A stretch of DNA of 64,000 nt, from the NCBI RefSeq assembly GCF_006345805.1, contig NC_043001.1:87420001-87484000 (forward strand), read 5' to 3'. Positions within the stretch are counted from its first letter, which is position 1. Each line of letters opens with the position of its first letter. The notes under the pieces were generated by a model. It was given only the letters and a program-made list of their open reading frames with translations. It made no database searches and had not been told where the DNA came from. Below, piece after piece: positions 41,921-56,059 of the stretch. The position numbers and the translations under genes are program-made. Source of the stretch: Octopus sinensis (lineage: Eukaryota).

Positions 41921-44900
41921 TTGCGGTCAAAATGTTCAGAACGGCATTGTTTTCGTCAGAAAAGTAGGTATAAGTTTTTATCAAAGTTGTTTTATATTCT
42001 ATAATTTTCACAGACAGTAAATGCGATATTATTTGTTATTGTTATTGGTGTAATTTAAGAGGATAATACAAAAGTTATGGATGATTTAGTGATTTACTGC
42101 AAAACCCATGGCGGCCAAAATGATCAGAACAGTTGCTTTTACTCCGTGTTTTAGTATATTTAACCGTGAACTCTAATGTTTTGAATTTGTTTACATGACG
42201 GTTCGTTTACTAAACATTAGTAAGAATATTTGCAGTGTACTTTGTTAATATAATGCCACTTACTCCGTTACCAATTCGTCAGCAGATTATTAAGCTTCGA
42301 AAGAAGGATAATTTCAGTATTGGATCTATTGCAAAGATTGTTAACAAGTCAAAAAGTGTTGTACACGGTATTCTTAAGGTCTACGATGATTGTGGTTCGT
42401 GTGAATCAAGAAAATTTACAGGTAGGCCAAGAAAAACGACCAAGAGAGAAGATCGTGCTATGGTAAAGTTGGTTAAAAAGGACAGATTTAAAACTGCTGC
42501 TGCTGTTTCTCGGAAAATGAGCATTGTATTGAAGAAAACTTTATCTCGAAAAACTGTATCTCGTCGTTTAGTTGAACATGACCTACAAGCAAGAGCACCT
42601 GCAGTGAAGCCACTGATCAGCTCCAAGAATAAAAAGTGTCGTCTTACCTTTGCAACCAAACATGTGTTGTGGTCTCAAGAAAAATGGCAAACGATGCATT
42701 TCAGTGATGAATCTAAGTTTATGTTATTTGGCTCAGATGGGAAAAGTAGGTGAAAAATTGTTACCTAAATGCCTTAAGACTAGTGTTAAATTCGGTGGAG
42801 AAAGTGTCATGGTTTGGGGTATGATATCTGGAGATGGTGTGGGCCCTTTGGTGCAATTACATGAAAAGGTAAATGCAGGAGTTTATAAACAACTTGTAAA
42901 AGATCATGTCTTGCCTGTGCTGAGAAATTTAACTAAGCGACCACCCATATTCATGCAGGACAATGCCCCATGTCACAAGGCTAAGGTGGTCATGAACTTC
43001 CTCAAGGCTGAAAAGGTTATTGTTATGGATTGGCCTGCTCAAAGCCCAGATCTCAATCCTATTGAAAATGTGTGGAATATTCTAGGAGAACATTCAAAAG
43101 CCAGAAATCCTAAAACAACTGAGCAATTATGGAATGCCCTTCAGGAAGAATGGAATAAGATCACCCAGCAAGAAATTGAAAATTTAATTTCCTCATGCAG
43201 TCGAAGATGTCAGAGTGTGATTGAAGCCAAAGGGCTTCACACTAAATATTAAATAATTCCAGTATTCTCTGTCATTTTTGATTATTTTGTTATTTTTTCA
43301 ACCGTTCTGATCATTTTGGCCACCATGGGTTTTGCAGTAAATCACTAAATCATCCATAACTTTTGTATTATCCTCTCAAATTACACCAAAATCTCAGACA
43401 ATAACAATTAATATTGTATTTATTGTCTGTGAAAATTATAGAATATGAAACTACTTTGATAAAAAAGTATATCTACTTTTCTGACGAAAACAATGCCGTT
43501 CTGAACATTTTGGCCGCAACTGTATATATATATATGTACACCTATATATATATAGTGACTTACATGAATACTATGACTTCAATGATTCTGCATGCCACTT
43601 CTCTCCAGGGGCACTGTACTACCGGTAATATTTTGTTAATTTGCTGGCTTTAAATTTCCCTTAAATGTCCCTTGGAAAGGGATGGCCTCCTCTGCTGATG
43701 TTGGGAGATATGTACCCAGCGACACTGACTAATAATTTACCATATTGATATGAAAAGGCATGAACTCCACCACAGTAACTTAACACTCTTCCACATCAAC
43801 CTGAAGAGGCAGGCTGTTGTTACTTAACTCTAGGTGTGCTCTAATCAAGCAGACCTATGATTAATAGCATTCCTGCCCTCCTGTCTTTTTCCTACAGTAT
43901 AGTCCCCTTCTCTTGTAAAAGTTGGTCCTTGTGAATTGTTACAAAGAAATTGATATTTTCATTTAATTTTGTCCACTTTATAGAGAACACAGGATCCCAT
44001 TATCCAACATATTATTTTTAAGATAGTTGGTTTTATTTCCAGAAGATCAAGCAACCATGCAGAGGCTCCTTTACTCCAGTATGCTAACATAGTACTCCAC
44101 CATACTGACATGTATTCAATCATACCACTTAACTGGTTTTCTTCATATACTTTATACAAAGGTGAAGAGTGGTACATCTATGATCTTATCAGTTGTGAGA
44201 ATCACAGAACCCCATACAATAGTTGGTCAAATACCTTTTATGCAGCTGACTCCGATGGTGATAGTATCAATGTATTATTGATATGATGGGTTACTTGATT
44301 TTGAAATTAGGGACTAAAACTAGAGTTCACTATACCCTTTTAATATACCAGAAGAAATATGATTTTCTCTTAAGAAAGAAATCGGTCTTCTAGCCATTTA
44401 TAAGTTATTGTTTGATTTTTATTTAAATTTTGTATTCCATTCTTATAAATTTATATTTGTTAAATTTCAGATTATTTAGACAAAAGCCAAGATTGTAATG
44501 GTAATATCCAAGAAGTGTCCAACCAAGTCATCATAACTGCTCCAGGTGGAGCAAATGGCAATTCAGTGCCTTCCTCCTGTACCATTACTCTACGTAGTGC
44601 TACTTTGAAGCCCACTATATTTCAGCTAAATATCCAGACAGTGGTCTTGGAGTGTTCAATGAACTTCTACATTTTTGATGGGACTGAAGAACAAACAACA
44701 TTGGTAAGTTTTAACTCTTTCAAATTTAATTATCCCAGCTAATACACCTTAGAATCATTTTTTTTTCTTCTGACAAAAAATTATTGATGTTAATTATAAT
44801 GCAATGTATGTTCTAACTAATCTGTGCATGAAAACATAATAAGCATCATGAAGTGAGAAAGAGTGAATGACTCATATAAATCTTCCTTAAGATGACTTGA

Positions 44901-47900
44901 ATTAAAAATATCAGTCATTGATTAGAAGCTCTATACAGCGCTGACATTGGTGGTATCAACAATGGAGGTCAGTAGTCTTCTCTGACAAGAGCGAGTACTG
45001 TATTTCCACCTCGGATGGCAGAGTGAGCATGTGGTGTAGGAGAGGGTGTATGCTACAGAGCCACATGTGTCATGGAGAGAGACGTGTGGGGTGGCCAAAG
45101 CATCATGACTTGGAGTGCTATTGGCCTGAATCAGAGAATTGGGACCATGTGTCCCAAAATGTTGGTACAAACAGAGGGAATGACATCACAGTGTAGTGCT
45201 ACATTGACCAGATCCTAAGACCTCTCATCATGCCCTTCTTCGTGTGTCACCATAGCCACATGTTCCAGCAGGACAATGCTCCCTCCCACATGGCCAGGGT
45301 CACCGTGGGCTTCCTGCACCAACACAACATCAGAACCAAGCCATGGCCAGCTCTCAGCCCAGATTTGAACCCAATTGAATACCAGTGCGATGAAACCCAG
45401 AGACGGCTGAACCAGGTGGTCCCAAGGATGACAACTCATGTGGGACTGGAGGCAGCTTTCCTCGGGGTGTAGGCACAAGTGCCATTGGCTTTTGTGAACT
45501 GCCTCATGCACTCCATGTAACACCCAGTGAGGGCATACATGGTATTGAACATGTTATGCCCTACAATCTCGATGTGCTGGATCCACCCACTACCAGATTG
45601 CATGGCAGTGACCCATAGATTGTGGTCATAGTGCATCCAAGAAATTGACTTCATCAGATTCATCAAAATTTATCGCTGATATAATGAAATTAAAACATAT
45701 TTCAGTCACACACATCTCACATTTCTTTCGCAGTTCAGTGTATATCTTTTTTTTTTTAAATTATATTTAAAACATATTTTAAATTATATTTATAACATTT
45801 ATATTTTATATCATATTATTTATAATATTAATAATATTATATTATTTATAATATTATTTTATATTATATTATTTATAACATTTATATTTTATATTGATTT
45901 ATATTTTAAATTATATTTATAACATTTATATTTTATATCATATTATTTATAATATTAATAATATTATATTATTTATAATATTATTTTATATTATATTATT
46001 TATAACATTTATATTTTATATTGATTTATATTTTAAATTATATTTATAACATTTATATTTTATATCATATTATTTATAATATTAATAATATTATATTATT
46101 TATAATATTATTTTATATTATATTATTTATAACATTTATATTTTATATTGATTTATATTTTAAATTATATTTAAAACATTTGATTCTTTACCTAGTGTAA
46201 AAAAGTCCACCTAGGTAGTATTGGTTATGCAGTCTTAGGAAAAAACATATCTGAAGACTATAGTCCTTGTTATAAACTTGTTACCTCTTCTATCTTGAAA
46301 GTTGTTAGACTCTACCATATGTATATTTACATAGACATGGTAGTCTAACTCCTCTGTGGTAGTTTCTCTGAACCCCATTGCTAATATATATAATTAGCAA
46401 AGAAATTAGCTGACAGAATTGTTAGTAAGTTGTGCAAACTTTTGAGTGGTATATTCTCTGTCTTTATGTTCTGAGTTCAATTTCCACCAAGGTCAACTTC
46501 GCCTTTCATTTTTTTTTTTTTTTTTGAGTTGATTTACCAGTTGAGTACTAGCACTCCATCAGTTATGATGATGAGGGTTCCAGTTAAGCTGATTAACAGA
46601 ACAGCCTGCTCATGAAATTGTACCACCATGCATTTTGGGAGGAAAAACCCAGCGTCTACTTACTCCCTCCACAACACTAATCTCAAAAAGTCTTCGTGTG
46701 AACATGACCTGGGCATTATTGTCGACAGCGATTTGCATTGGACAAAACACATCGCTAAAATTGCCAAGAAGGTTGAGGGTGTCTTGGCATCACTCACCAA
46801 GTCCTTTGTGAGCCGCTCTCTGGCTATCTATCTGCGGCTTTATATAGCTATTGTGCAGCCTCACCTTGAATTTGCATCACCGGTCTGGAACCCCTATCTT
46901 GCCCATGATATTAATTATCTGGAAGCTGTTCAGTGACATTCAACCAAGAGAATACCCTCCATCAGGCATCTGCCATATTCTGAACGCCTTACTTCCCTGG
47001 GCATGGACACATTGAAACTCCGACATCTGGCAGCTGACTTGGCAGACACCCATAAAATTATTAACCATCTTACAAACAATAACTCTGAGCACCTTTTCAA
47101 ACTCCACCTATCTAACACCCGTGGACATGTTTACAAAGTCAGAAAACAGTGCAGCTCCCATGACTTTCAGAAACATTTTTTCACACTAAGAGTTGCTGAA
47201 GCATGGAACAGACTGCCGGCATCAGTTGTTAGTTGTCGGAGCACTGCATCCTTCAAAACTTCCATGCTTTCTGAGATTCGCCAACACTACACCTGATTTT
47301 CTCCCCTCCATACACACGCAAGCATGTATCTGACTCATACACTGTTCGCTTTTCAGACATTTGTACATCACTGCATATGCTTTATATGCACTTTTGACAA
47401 GTTGTGGTGCACCTGAGCACTGTATACAATAATTTCATTATTACTATTTATTTTAAGTGGCTGAGCACTCCGCAGATACATATACTCTTAACATAGTCCT
47501 CGGAGAGATTTGGCATGACAGAATGTGTCTAGGCTGGCCCTTTGAATTACAGGTACAACTCATTTTTGCTAGCTGAGTGAACTGGAGCAAAATGAAATAA
47601 AATGTTTTGCTCAAGGACAAAACACATTGCTGGGAATTGAATTGATGACCTTATGATCATGAACCAAGCCATCATCACCATTGTTCGACCGTGGTCGAGA
47701 CAATGGAATTTACCATGCTATGCCAGACTTCATGGTCCATCATAGCATTACGGAGGGCCTGTTGCTGGATGCCTGTATCCCTGGAGATTACATCAGGGTA
47801 GGAGAGTGTGCGCCCTCTGGTATTGCGAGTAGATGGCTTCCAGAGAAGAGTAGAAATTGCCTCGTTTTCAGCTCTACAACAATGTCCAGCAAACTGGACT

Positions 47901-50900
47901 CTCCTACCTTTCACAAGAGATGACACAGGTGGTAGTTTCCTATATATTTGCACTTTGGTTGGATGATGCTTCCACGAGAGATTTTGAGCTCTCATAAAAA
48001 GGCGAGTGTAGGTTCAATCCAACCAAGTACCCTAACCACTAAGCCACACACCTTCATACCAATTGAGCAGTGGGGGCATTGTAATCAACTTCCCTGCTCC
48101 CCCAAAATTGCTGGCCTTCTACCAAAATTTGAAACCAATATTTATAATTAGCATTACTACATTCCTCCTATTTCTATGTGTACTAACATCTCTAAGTCTT
48201 GCCAGCTGAGATGAATATGTTTTGCTAAAGAGATCTTACAAGAATGAAACATGCCTGTTACTTTTACCAGTTGGTTTTAAAGGCAAAATCCATTCCTTAC
48301 GGCATTATCTTTATTTTCCTAAAAATTTGGATTAGCTGATAATATTGAAATTATCTCCTTTGCTTGTTGCTGTTAAACACTCCTTCAACCATGGGAGTTT
48401 ATTTTTTCGTCTAGTTGCAAAGACAATCTCACTTAATTGAAGCTTTTCAGCTACTTTATTACATATATAAAACTCCATGATATGTCTTCTATCTTTTATT
48501 TGCCTTAAAGTGTTTAGCTGAACAAATCCACACCAGTACATATTTTTAAGCCTGGTACTTATTCAATTGGGTTTTTTTACTGAACTGCAAAGTTACAGGA
48601 ACAAAAGCAAACCAACACTTGTTGTCAAGCAGGGAACAAATATCACATAAAAACACTATATGCACACAGGTTTCATTAGAATTTTCACCACATTTCCAAA
48701 CAAAAACTGCATGCGTGCATGCATCAGCTCACAGTCTCCTACTTCATAGCTATCTGTCACATGCGCTAGTGTGGATATGTCCCCTGTCTCCCGCTAGATT
48801 ATCCTACAGTGGAATTGAACTTGAAATGCTGTGGTTATGAAGTGAGCTCTTTCACCACAGTCACACCTGTATCTCTAAGTAAGATATTTTGTTTGTATTT
48901 TCAGAAAAGTTACAGCTGTCATACCAAATTGACAGTTCCAATACAACTGGTAACTACTGGCAACACAGTTTCATTTCGTCTCATTCGACCGTCAACTGGA
49001 AGTGCTAGATATGACATCAGAATTATAGCACAGACTATTAATGGTACGTTGATATTTCATGTCATTGTAGTTGCTGTTTTTGCTGTTTAACCCAAGGTTA
49101 GCCCTGTCTTAGTAGACCTATTATCAAAGGTATTCCAGTCATGACCATCTCATCTTAAGTTTCAGATATAGTATATCATTCAATGTTTTTTTTTACCTTT
49201 TCCAAGATGATAAACTGTAAATTGAGTGAGGTTTGGTTGATATTTCTAGCAGGTTGATTGACTATTAGGGGCTACTTCACATTGTTGTTGATGTTGGTAT
49301 TGTTTGTGGTAGAGGTGGTGTTTGTAGTGTTAGTGTTGGTGGTGGTGATGTTTGACATGTTGGTGTTGTGTTAGAGTTGTTAGTGCTCAATGGTTTTTGT
49401 GTGTTCTGCAGGTCAGACTTGATCTAGCAGACTTATCCATTTAAAATATTCCAGTCATCATCGCCTTTATTCAGATTCAGTTTATTCCAGATCTACAGTA
49501 GACAATTTAGCCTTTCTTATTGTTGTTCTTATTACTGTGCAGTCCAGGTTCGTGATGATTTAACAAACCTAAAATCTCATCGGACCATCCCACTTTTATT
49601 CAGCATGAACATACCCAGGACTCATTCAATGTCTTTCTTGGTTCCTATTTTCTTTATACCAGATCATCTCTGATCTAATTGACCAATAATCAAAGCTATT
49701 CCTGTCAAGATCATCTCATAGTTTATCTTAGTCAATATTATCCAATAGGTCCTTTTGAAGACAGTAGCATGTGATTTGAGGCAGATTTTGCTGTTATTTG
49801 ATACAAGTCAAGTCAAACAATTTGCCCATAAAGCAGCATGGCCTTGAGGTTTCTATTTCACTATGTTTAGACTATATCTTTATTATCTGTGATCTTTACT
49901 TTTAAATCTGCCGTGATAGATTCAGTGAAACTATAAATATTGTTTGAGTTTAAAAATGGGTACATGAGCTCCTAGCTTTTCAAATAGGTGGTATTGTACT
50001 GACAGAACCGTTAGCACGCCGGGCGAAATGCGTAGCCGTATTTCATCTGCTGTTACATTCTGAGTTCAAATTCCGCCGAGATCGACTTTGCCTTTCATCC
50101 TTTCGGGGTCAATTAAATAAGTACCAGTTACGCACTGGGGTCAATATAATCAACTTAATCTGTTTGTCTGTCCTTGTTTGTTCCCTCTGTGTTTAGCCCC
50201 TTGTGGGTAGTAAAGAAATAGGTATTGTACTGACTGAAGTAATCCATTAGGATGGGTATCATTACTTGGGAATGATGTGACTGAATCTTGAAGTATGTTA
50301 TAACTACAACAATTGGGCTATGAATTGCTGGGTGATTGGGTTGATGCTTTAGCTTGACATTTTTTTAATAGAAAAATCAGAAGTGTTTGTTTGGTATCCT
50401 GTATCTTGTACAGTTGGTTCCACTTTACTTAATCCTTTCGTTACTATATTTCTGACCAAAATACACCCCTCATGAGTTTCAATTAAATTCTAAAATAATC
50501 ATGAATCTAGGCTTGTTTCATTAAATAACTGTAACTTTTTTACTTATCAACATATTAATGTGATATTTGGAACATAATTAAAGAAAGGGTTCTTAATCAA
50601 TTCTATTGCATAACTTTTGTCTCAAAGTGACTTTAATTACAGGTAAATCCAGGTAAATTGAGCAAAAGGTAAAAATATTAAAATTTTGTTTAAACATCAC
50701 CATAGAAAATGAATCATCAGCTAATATTCAAATGGGTATGCAACAAAATTTTGATAAAGAAGAATTGTGCACATCACTATATCATCAGTTGAATTTAATG
50801 CACAACGGGTGTACCATAAAGGTGGAATAAACTGAAATATTGGAATCCACCGTAAGTTTGACCCAACTAAAGAAATCGGTCAAAAAATAATATACGGCCC

Positions 50901-53900
50901 TGGTTATGGTATGGAAGTGATAAATTCCAGACCACATCGTTCCCTAGGCCATGCTGACTAACATTATTTTCCCTGTATAAAAACTAAATCCACGCAGTAC
51001 CCAGTATTTGCTTCACAAATTTTCCGAAATTTGAACCCCCATTTTGTGTTTGTTTACAATCTGCGTAAGTTTGTTTCCGCATTGATCGCTTTAAACAATA
51101 ACTTCCAGACCACATCATACCCTAAGCCATGCTGACTAACATTAGTTTCCCTGTATAAAAACTAAATCCACAACAGTACCCAGTATTTGTTTCACAAATT
51201 TTCCAATTCGGAATCAATGCTTGATAACATGAAACTCCTATCTATTTTCAAAGTTGAAGAAAAATCGATGCCGAAAAAAATGTGGAAAAAAATCTCCCAA
51301 AATTCAGGGAATTAAAATTACACGTCGATTTTTGTACAAAACTGTAGATGAACTGTTTACGAAGCATAATCACGTGTTTTCATGAATGTACTAAAGAGAT
51401 TTGCTCTGATATTCTCATTTAAATATAAATAGGTAAATTCGGGCGGTTTGGTCACATTAACCAAAATTTTTTTCGGGCGGCTTTGGGCGGTTTGGTAACG
51501 AAAGGGTTAATGTGAAAGTATTAGTGATCTTGGCCTTCAAACGGTTAAATAGTAATATCTATGCTATTAGATAGAGAATAAATCATAAAAGAAAAGGCCG
51601 AATCTCTTAAAGAATATATATACTTTTTTATATCTGTTGAAATACAAATATGTTTTATGAAATTTTGGATAATATTTTTACACCTTTTGTATCTTGCAAA
51701 AATACCTAACTCTGCAAAAGAGAAAAAAACAAAATTTTTCAAATGGTAAACCTCTAAAATTGAAGATAAAAGGATCCATATAATTCTGAAAATTCTGGAA
51801 TAATCAATTTGAACATATATAGCTAAAAAGTATAAATTCTGAAGTATGTCTGCAAGTATCCAACATCTCAGACCTTTTGTTGTGCAAGTCTTGAAATAAA
51901 ATGATAAACTTCTCACTTGCACATAATTTACCAGTTGGCCAAATGCTATTTTGGAAGATATTCAAAATGCCATGTAGTGGTACTGAACCTGAATCCACCT
52001 GGTTGTGGAATGAAACTCTTAATCTCACAGCCAAGCATATGCACGTGCACACACACACACACACACTCGCACTTGCACAAGTAAGATTTTTTTCTTTAGG
52101 AAGATTGCCAAAGAATGTTGCTTAACAAACCTTTGTTTTTTTTTTTCCATGTTTCAGACCCTACGTCTGGAGGTGGTGGAGGTATTGACCATGGTGTATT
52201 GGACCCTGACAAAAGTTATCTCCGAAAGTTTTCAACTGACACCATCATAATCCTAATATCTGTTGCTTATCTCGTAGCCATTTTAATATGTATTATTATT
52301 TTAATTGTACGCTGCGTGAGATCTTCAAGGGAAGAGAAGAAATATTCAGAACGGCCTCTAGCCTACAATAATTATGGTTTAACGCCTGCCACTTCAGTGA
52401 ATTCATCAGTTATGAGTGTATATGCCACTAAACCATCCTCAGATATTAAATCTATTGGTAGAAACAAGTCATTCAGGTCAAGAATGGCCAATTCCACTGA
52501 GGACACTGACAGCGTTTTTGAAGGTAATTCCTTTTTTTTGTGTGTGTGTGTGTGTGTGTCTTTCTTTTAAATGCTTTCTTGTAAATTTATTACTGATGTA
52601 ACGGTAATGGAATTATTTTTAAGTGGACAGGTTGCAGTTGTCAGGCAAAAGCTTGATGAATTTTTTTTTCACAAGATGGAATATGTCAGAGTTGTGTGAA
52701 GGAACAACTGAAGCTGAGAATGAAGAAAAAAGAAGATTCTCAGAAAACAGTGTAGTGAAATAATCATTGACTGGTTGGCGTGGTTACAACTACTGATCTG
52801 ACGTGTTGAGTGCAAGGATATGTAATAACATAGAAATGAGATTGGATTGTTGAAGTTATTGAATTTTGTAACTGAATGAGTGGTATAAGTTCCTGCAACA
52901 AGTTGATTTTAGTTATGAGGTGGTATCAGAAATTTCTTGGACTAGTTATGTTTAATAAAAAAACAACTTATTTACTTAAATTTTAACATCATCTCCTTTG
53001 AAATAGTTACCTCATGCAGCAGTACACCAGTTCCTGCCATTTTTGGAATCTGGCCTGGAAATGTTGTTTTCCATAAAGAAATTGAGGACCTTTGCAGTTC
53101 CTTTTGATCTCAACAATGATGTTAAAACGGTGACCTTTGAGCTGCATTTCCATCTTGAAGAAGAGATGGAAGTCTACAAGTGGTAAATCTGACAAATAGG
53201 GTGGGTGTGAAAGCGACACCATGTTGTTTTTGGCAAGAAACTCACGAGTGAGAAGAATTTAGTGGCAGGGCGGGCACATTGTCGCCATGAAGAATCCAAT
53301 TCTTTGCGCTCCACAGATCTGGTTGCTTTTACTAAATATCTTCCCTCAAATACTTCAAAACATCATAGTTTGATTGTAAGTCTGACCCTGGGGGATGAAT
53401 TCTCAATGCATAATACTACGGATGTCCAAAAAAAAATAGTGATGAGCATGTTCTTGATTGTACTGTGGCTCTGTTGTGCCTTCTTCAGTCATGGAGATAA
53501 TGGGTTCTTCCATTGTGATGACTGCTGCTTTGTCTCAGGGTTGTACTTGTAGAACCAACTCTCATCACCAGTGATGAGCCACGACATGAAAGATGGGCCA
53601 TCAGTGGCACACTGATGGAAATCTTGACAGACTTCAATGTGATGTTCTTCTGTTCAATGATCATCAGGCAGGGGACAGACTTGGCAGAGACACACTGCAT
53701 GTTTGATTCAGATGTTAGGATTGCCTGCACAGACCCATACAACAGACCGACAACATCATTGTTGTTGATTGTCCTCCAACTATACTCATGCACAAGCTGA
53801 TGAATTTTCTCCAAATTTATGGCAGGTCTCCCAGATCATTCATTGTCTTCCTGGGACCTTCTGTTTTTGAAGCACCTGTGCAACATTGCGTTCAACCCAT

Positions 53901-56026
53901 TGCCTCATTGCCATAAGCTTGCCAAAGCATGTTCAATGTCTCTGTAGCAGACTTACCAAGTGTAACTCAAAATTTCATGTTAGCTCTTTGTTCCAACTTC
54001 CTGTCCATGACAAAATCAGACTACAGCATTCATGTGATCACAAAATCACAAATTTCACAAGTTGTGAAATAAACACAGCAATGTCACTCAGCATACAGCC
54101 TCATGATGGTTACTACTACCTCTCACTGTACATACAACTGTGTGCTGCCATCTGTTGACATGCTACCGAAGTAGTTGGGGAACTTTTTCATACCACCTCG
54201 TATGTTATGACCACCAGTCAGTTACCTGACAATTTATCTATATATAGGCATAGGAGTGGCTGTGTGGTAAGTAGCTTGCTTACCAACCACATGGCTCTGG
54301 GTTCAGTCCTACTGCATGACACCTTGGGCAAGTGTCTTCTACTATAGCCTCGGGCCAACCAAAGCCTTGTGAGTGGATTTGGTAGCTGGAAACTGAAAGA
54401 AGCCCATCATATATATGTATTATATATATATATATATATATATGTGTGTATGTTTGTGTGCCTGTGTTTGTCCCCCCAACATCGCTTGACACCCGATGCT
54501 GGTGTGTTTATGTCCCCATAACTTAGTGGTTTGGCAAAAGGGACCAATAGAATAAGTACTAGGCTTACAAAGAATAAGTCCTGGGGTCAATTTGCTCGAC
54601 TAAAGGCAGTGCTTCCGCATGGCCACAGTCAAATGATTGAAACAAGCAAAAGTGTAGAGTAAAGAGTATATACCAAATAGTTTTTGAAAGAAAAGGTGCC
54701 AAAGACAAAATTATTAATGACATTCCAATAGGTTGTTTCTCCATTTGCTAGGTCTATTGTGTTTTCATTAATCAGCCTGATAAAAACAAATTCTTAATGT
54801 ATTCACCTGAGTCTTGAATGGCTAGCTGCTTGCTGATGTCATCAATTCCTGACAAGATCTTCTTCGAGTGTTTACACTTGCTTTTATGTCTGAACACTGT
54901 AATTTTGGGTTCAATTCCTGGGCAGTGAGTTAGTGTTTGTGACTCTGCCACTATTCCTGCTACAGGTGACAAAAAGGAAAAGAAATATATTCTATAATAT
55001 TAGGTAAAATATGGACATTAACTGGTAGCATCAATGGTACTTTTTGTGATGGAAGGGTCAGTACTGGGATCTTTTTGGTTTGAACGGCAGTTTTTAACAT
55101 AATTTCTCGGTAACTAAAAAATTTTAAACTTCGTATACTGGTAGAATGTGTTTATAAAACATCTTTTTCTCTTGGCTTTATTGAGAAAATTCTATAGTTT
55201 ATAAATTATTTGTTGTTTTTTTTCTTCAATTTCTGCAATTTCAACCAATCAGTGACGTCTATTGAGTTAAAAAGCATTCTGTGCTGTATGAATATGTCCC
55301 TCGTTTAAGAAACAGATTGGGTTTATTTACATTTGTGAAGAAAAAAAGATACCCTGCCCCCACCCCTAACTCTAACCCTAAAAGAGATTGAAATGCAATA
55401 GATCGATTCTAGGGTCATAATTATGGGTGACAATTTCAAATGACGGCTCTAGAAAAAACTGCCATTCAAACTGAAAAGATCCCAGTACTGTTTGGGTTCA
55501 GTACTGTTTGAGCATGTCGATACCAATGTGATCTCCAATGAACATTTGATGAAGTGGGAGCACCATGGGTGAAATGATCTAGATGTTTGCTACAAAATGA
55601 ATTCCACAAAAAGCTCCCATGACTATGTCACGGTGTTAACAGCAATGTTAGGCATACCACCTATCTATACTGAGTTAGGTATAAAGAAGACTAGCAAGGC
55701 CCAGATCACAGTAATGTTTGTTGTAATGATCTAATGGTGACATCTCCATTAAAGACAAAAGCATTTTATACAGGAGGCACAATGGCCCAGTGGTTAGGGC
55801 AGCGGACTCGCAGTTTCGATTCCCAGACCGGACGTTGTGAGTGTTTCTTGAGTGAAAACACCTAAAGCTCCACGAGGCTCTGGCAGGGGGTGGTGGCGAT
55901 CCCTGCTGTACTCAAACGGCGGTGCATCAGCATGGCCGCAGCTCTGAGCTGAAACTTTAAAACAAAAAAAAAACAGGAGTTATTTTTGCTTCCTAGATAT
56001 CTCAGTAGCACTAAGAGTGACCTGAC

Positions 56027-56059
<33 letters not shown>

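Noticed and set aside
55360-55382. Telomere-like ccctaactctaaccctaa
   Set aside because: Only about three degenerate units, inside a MITE.
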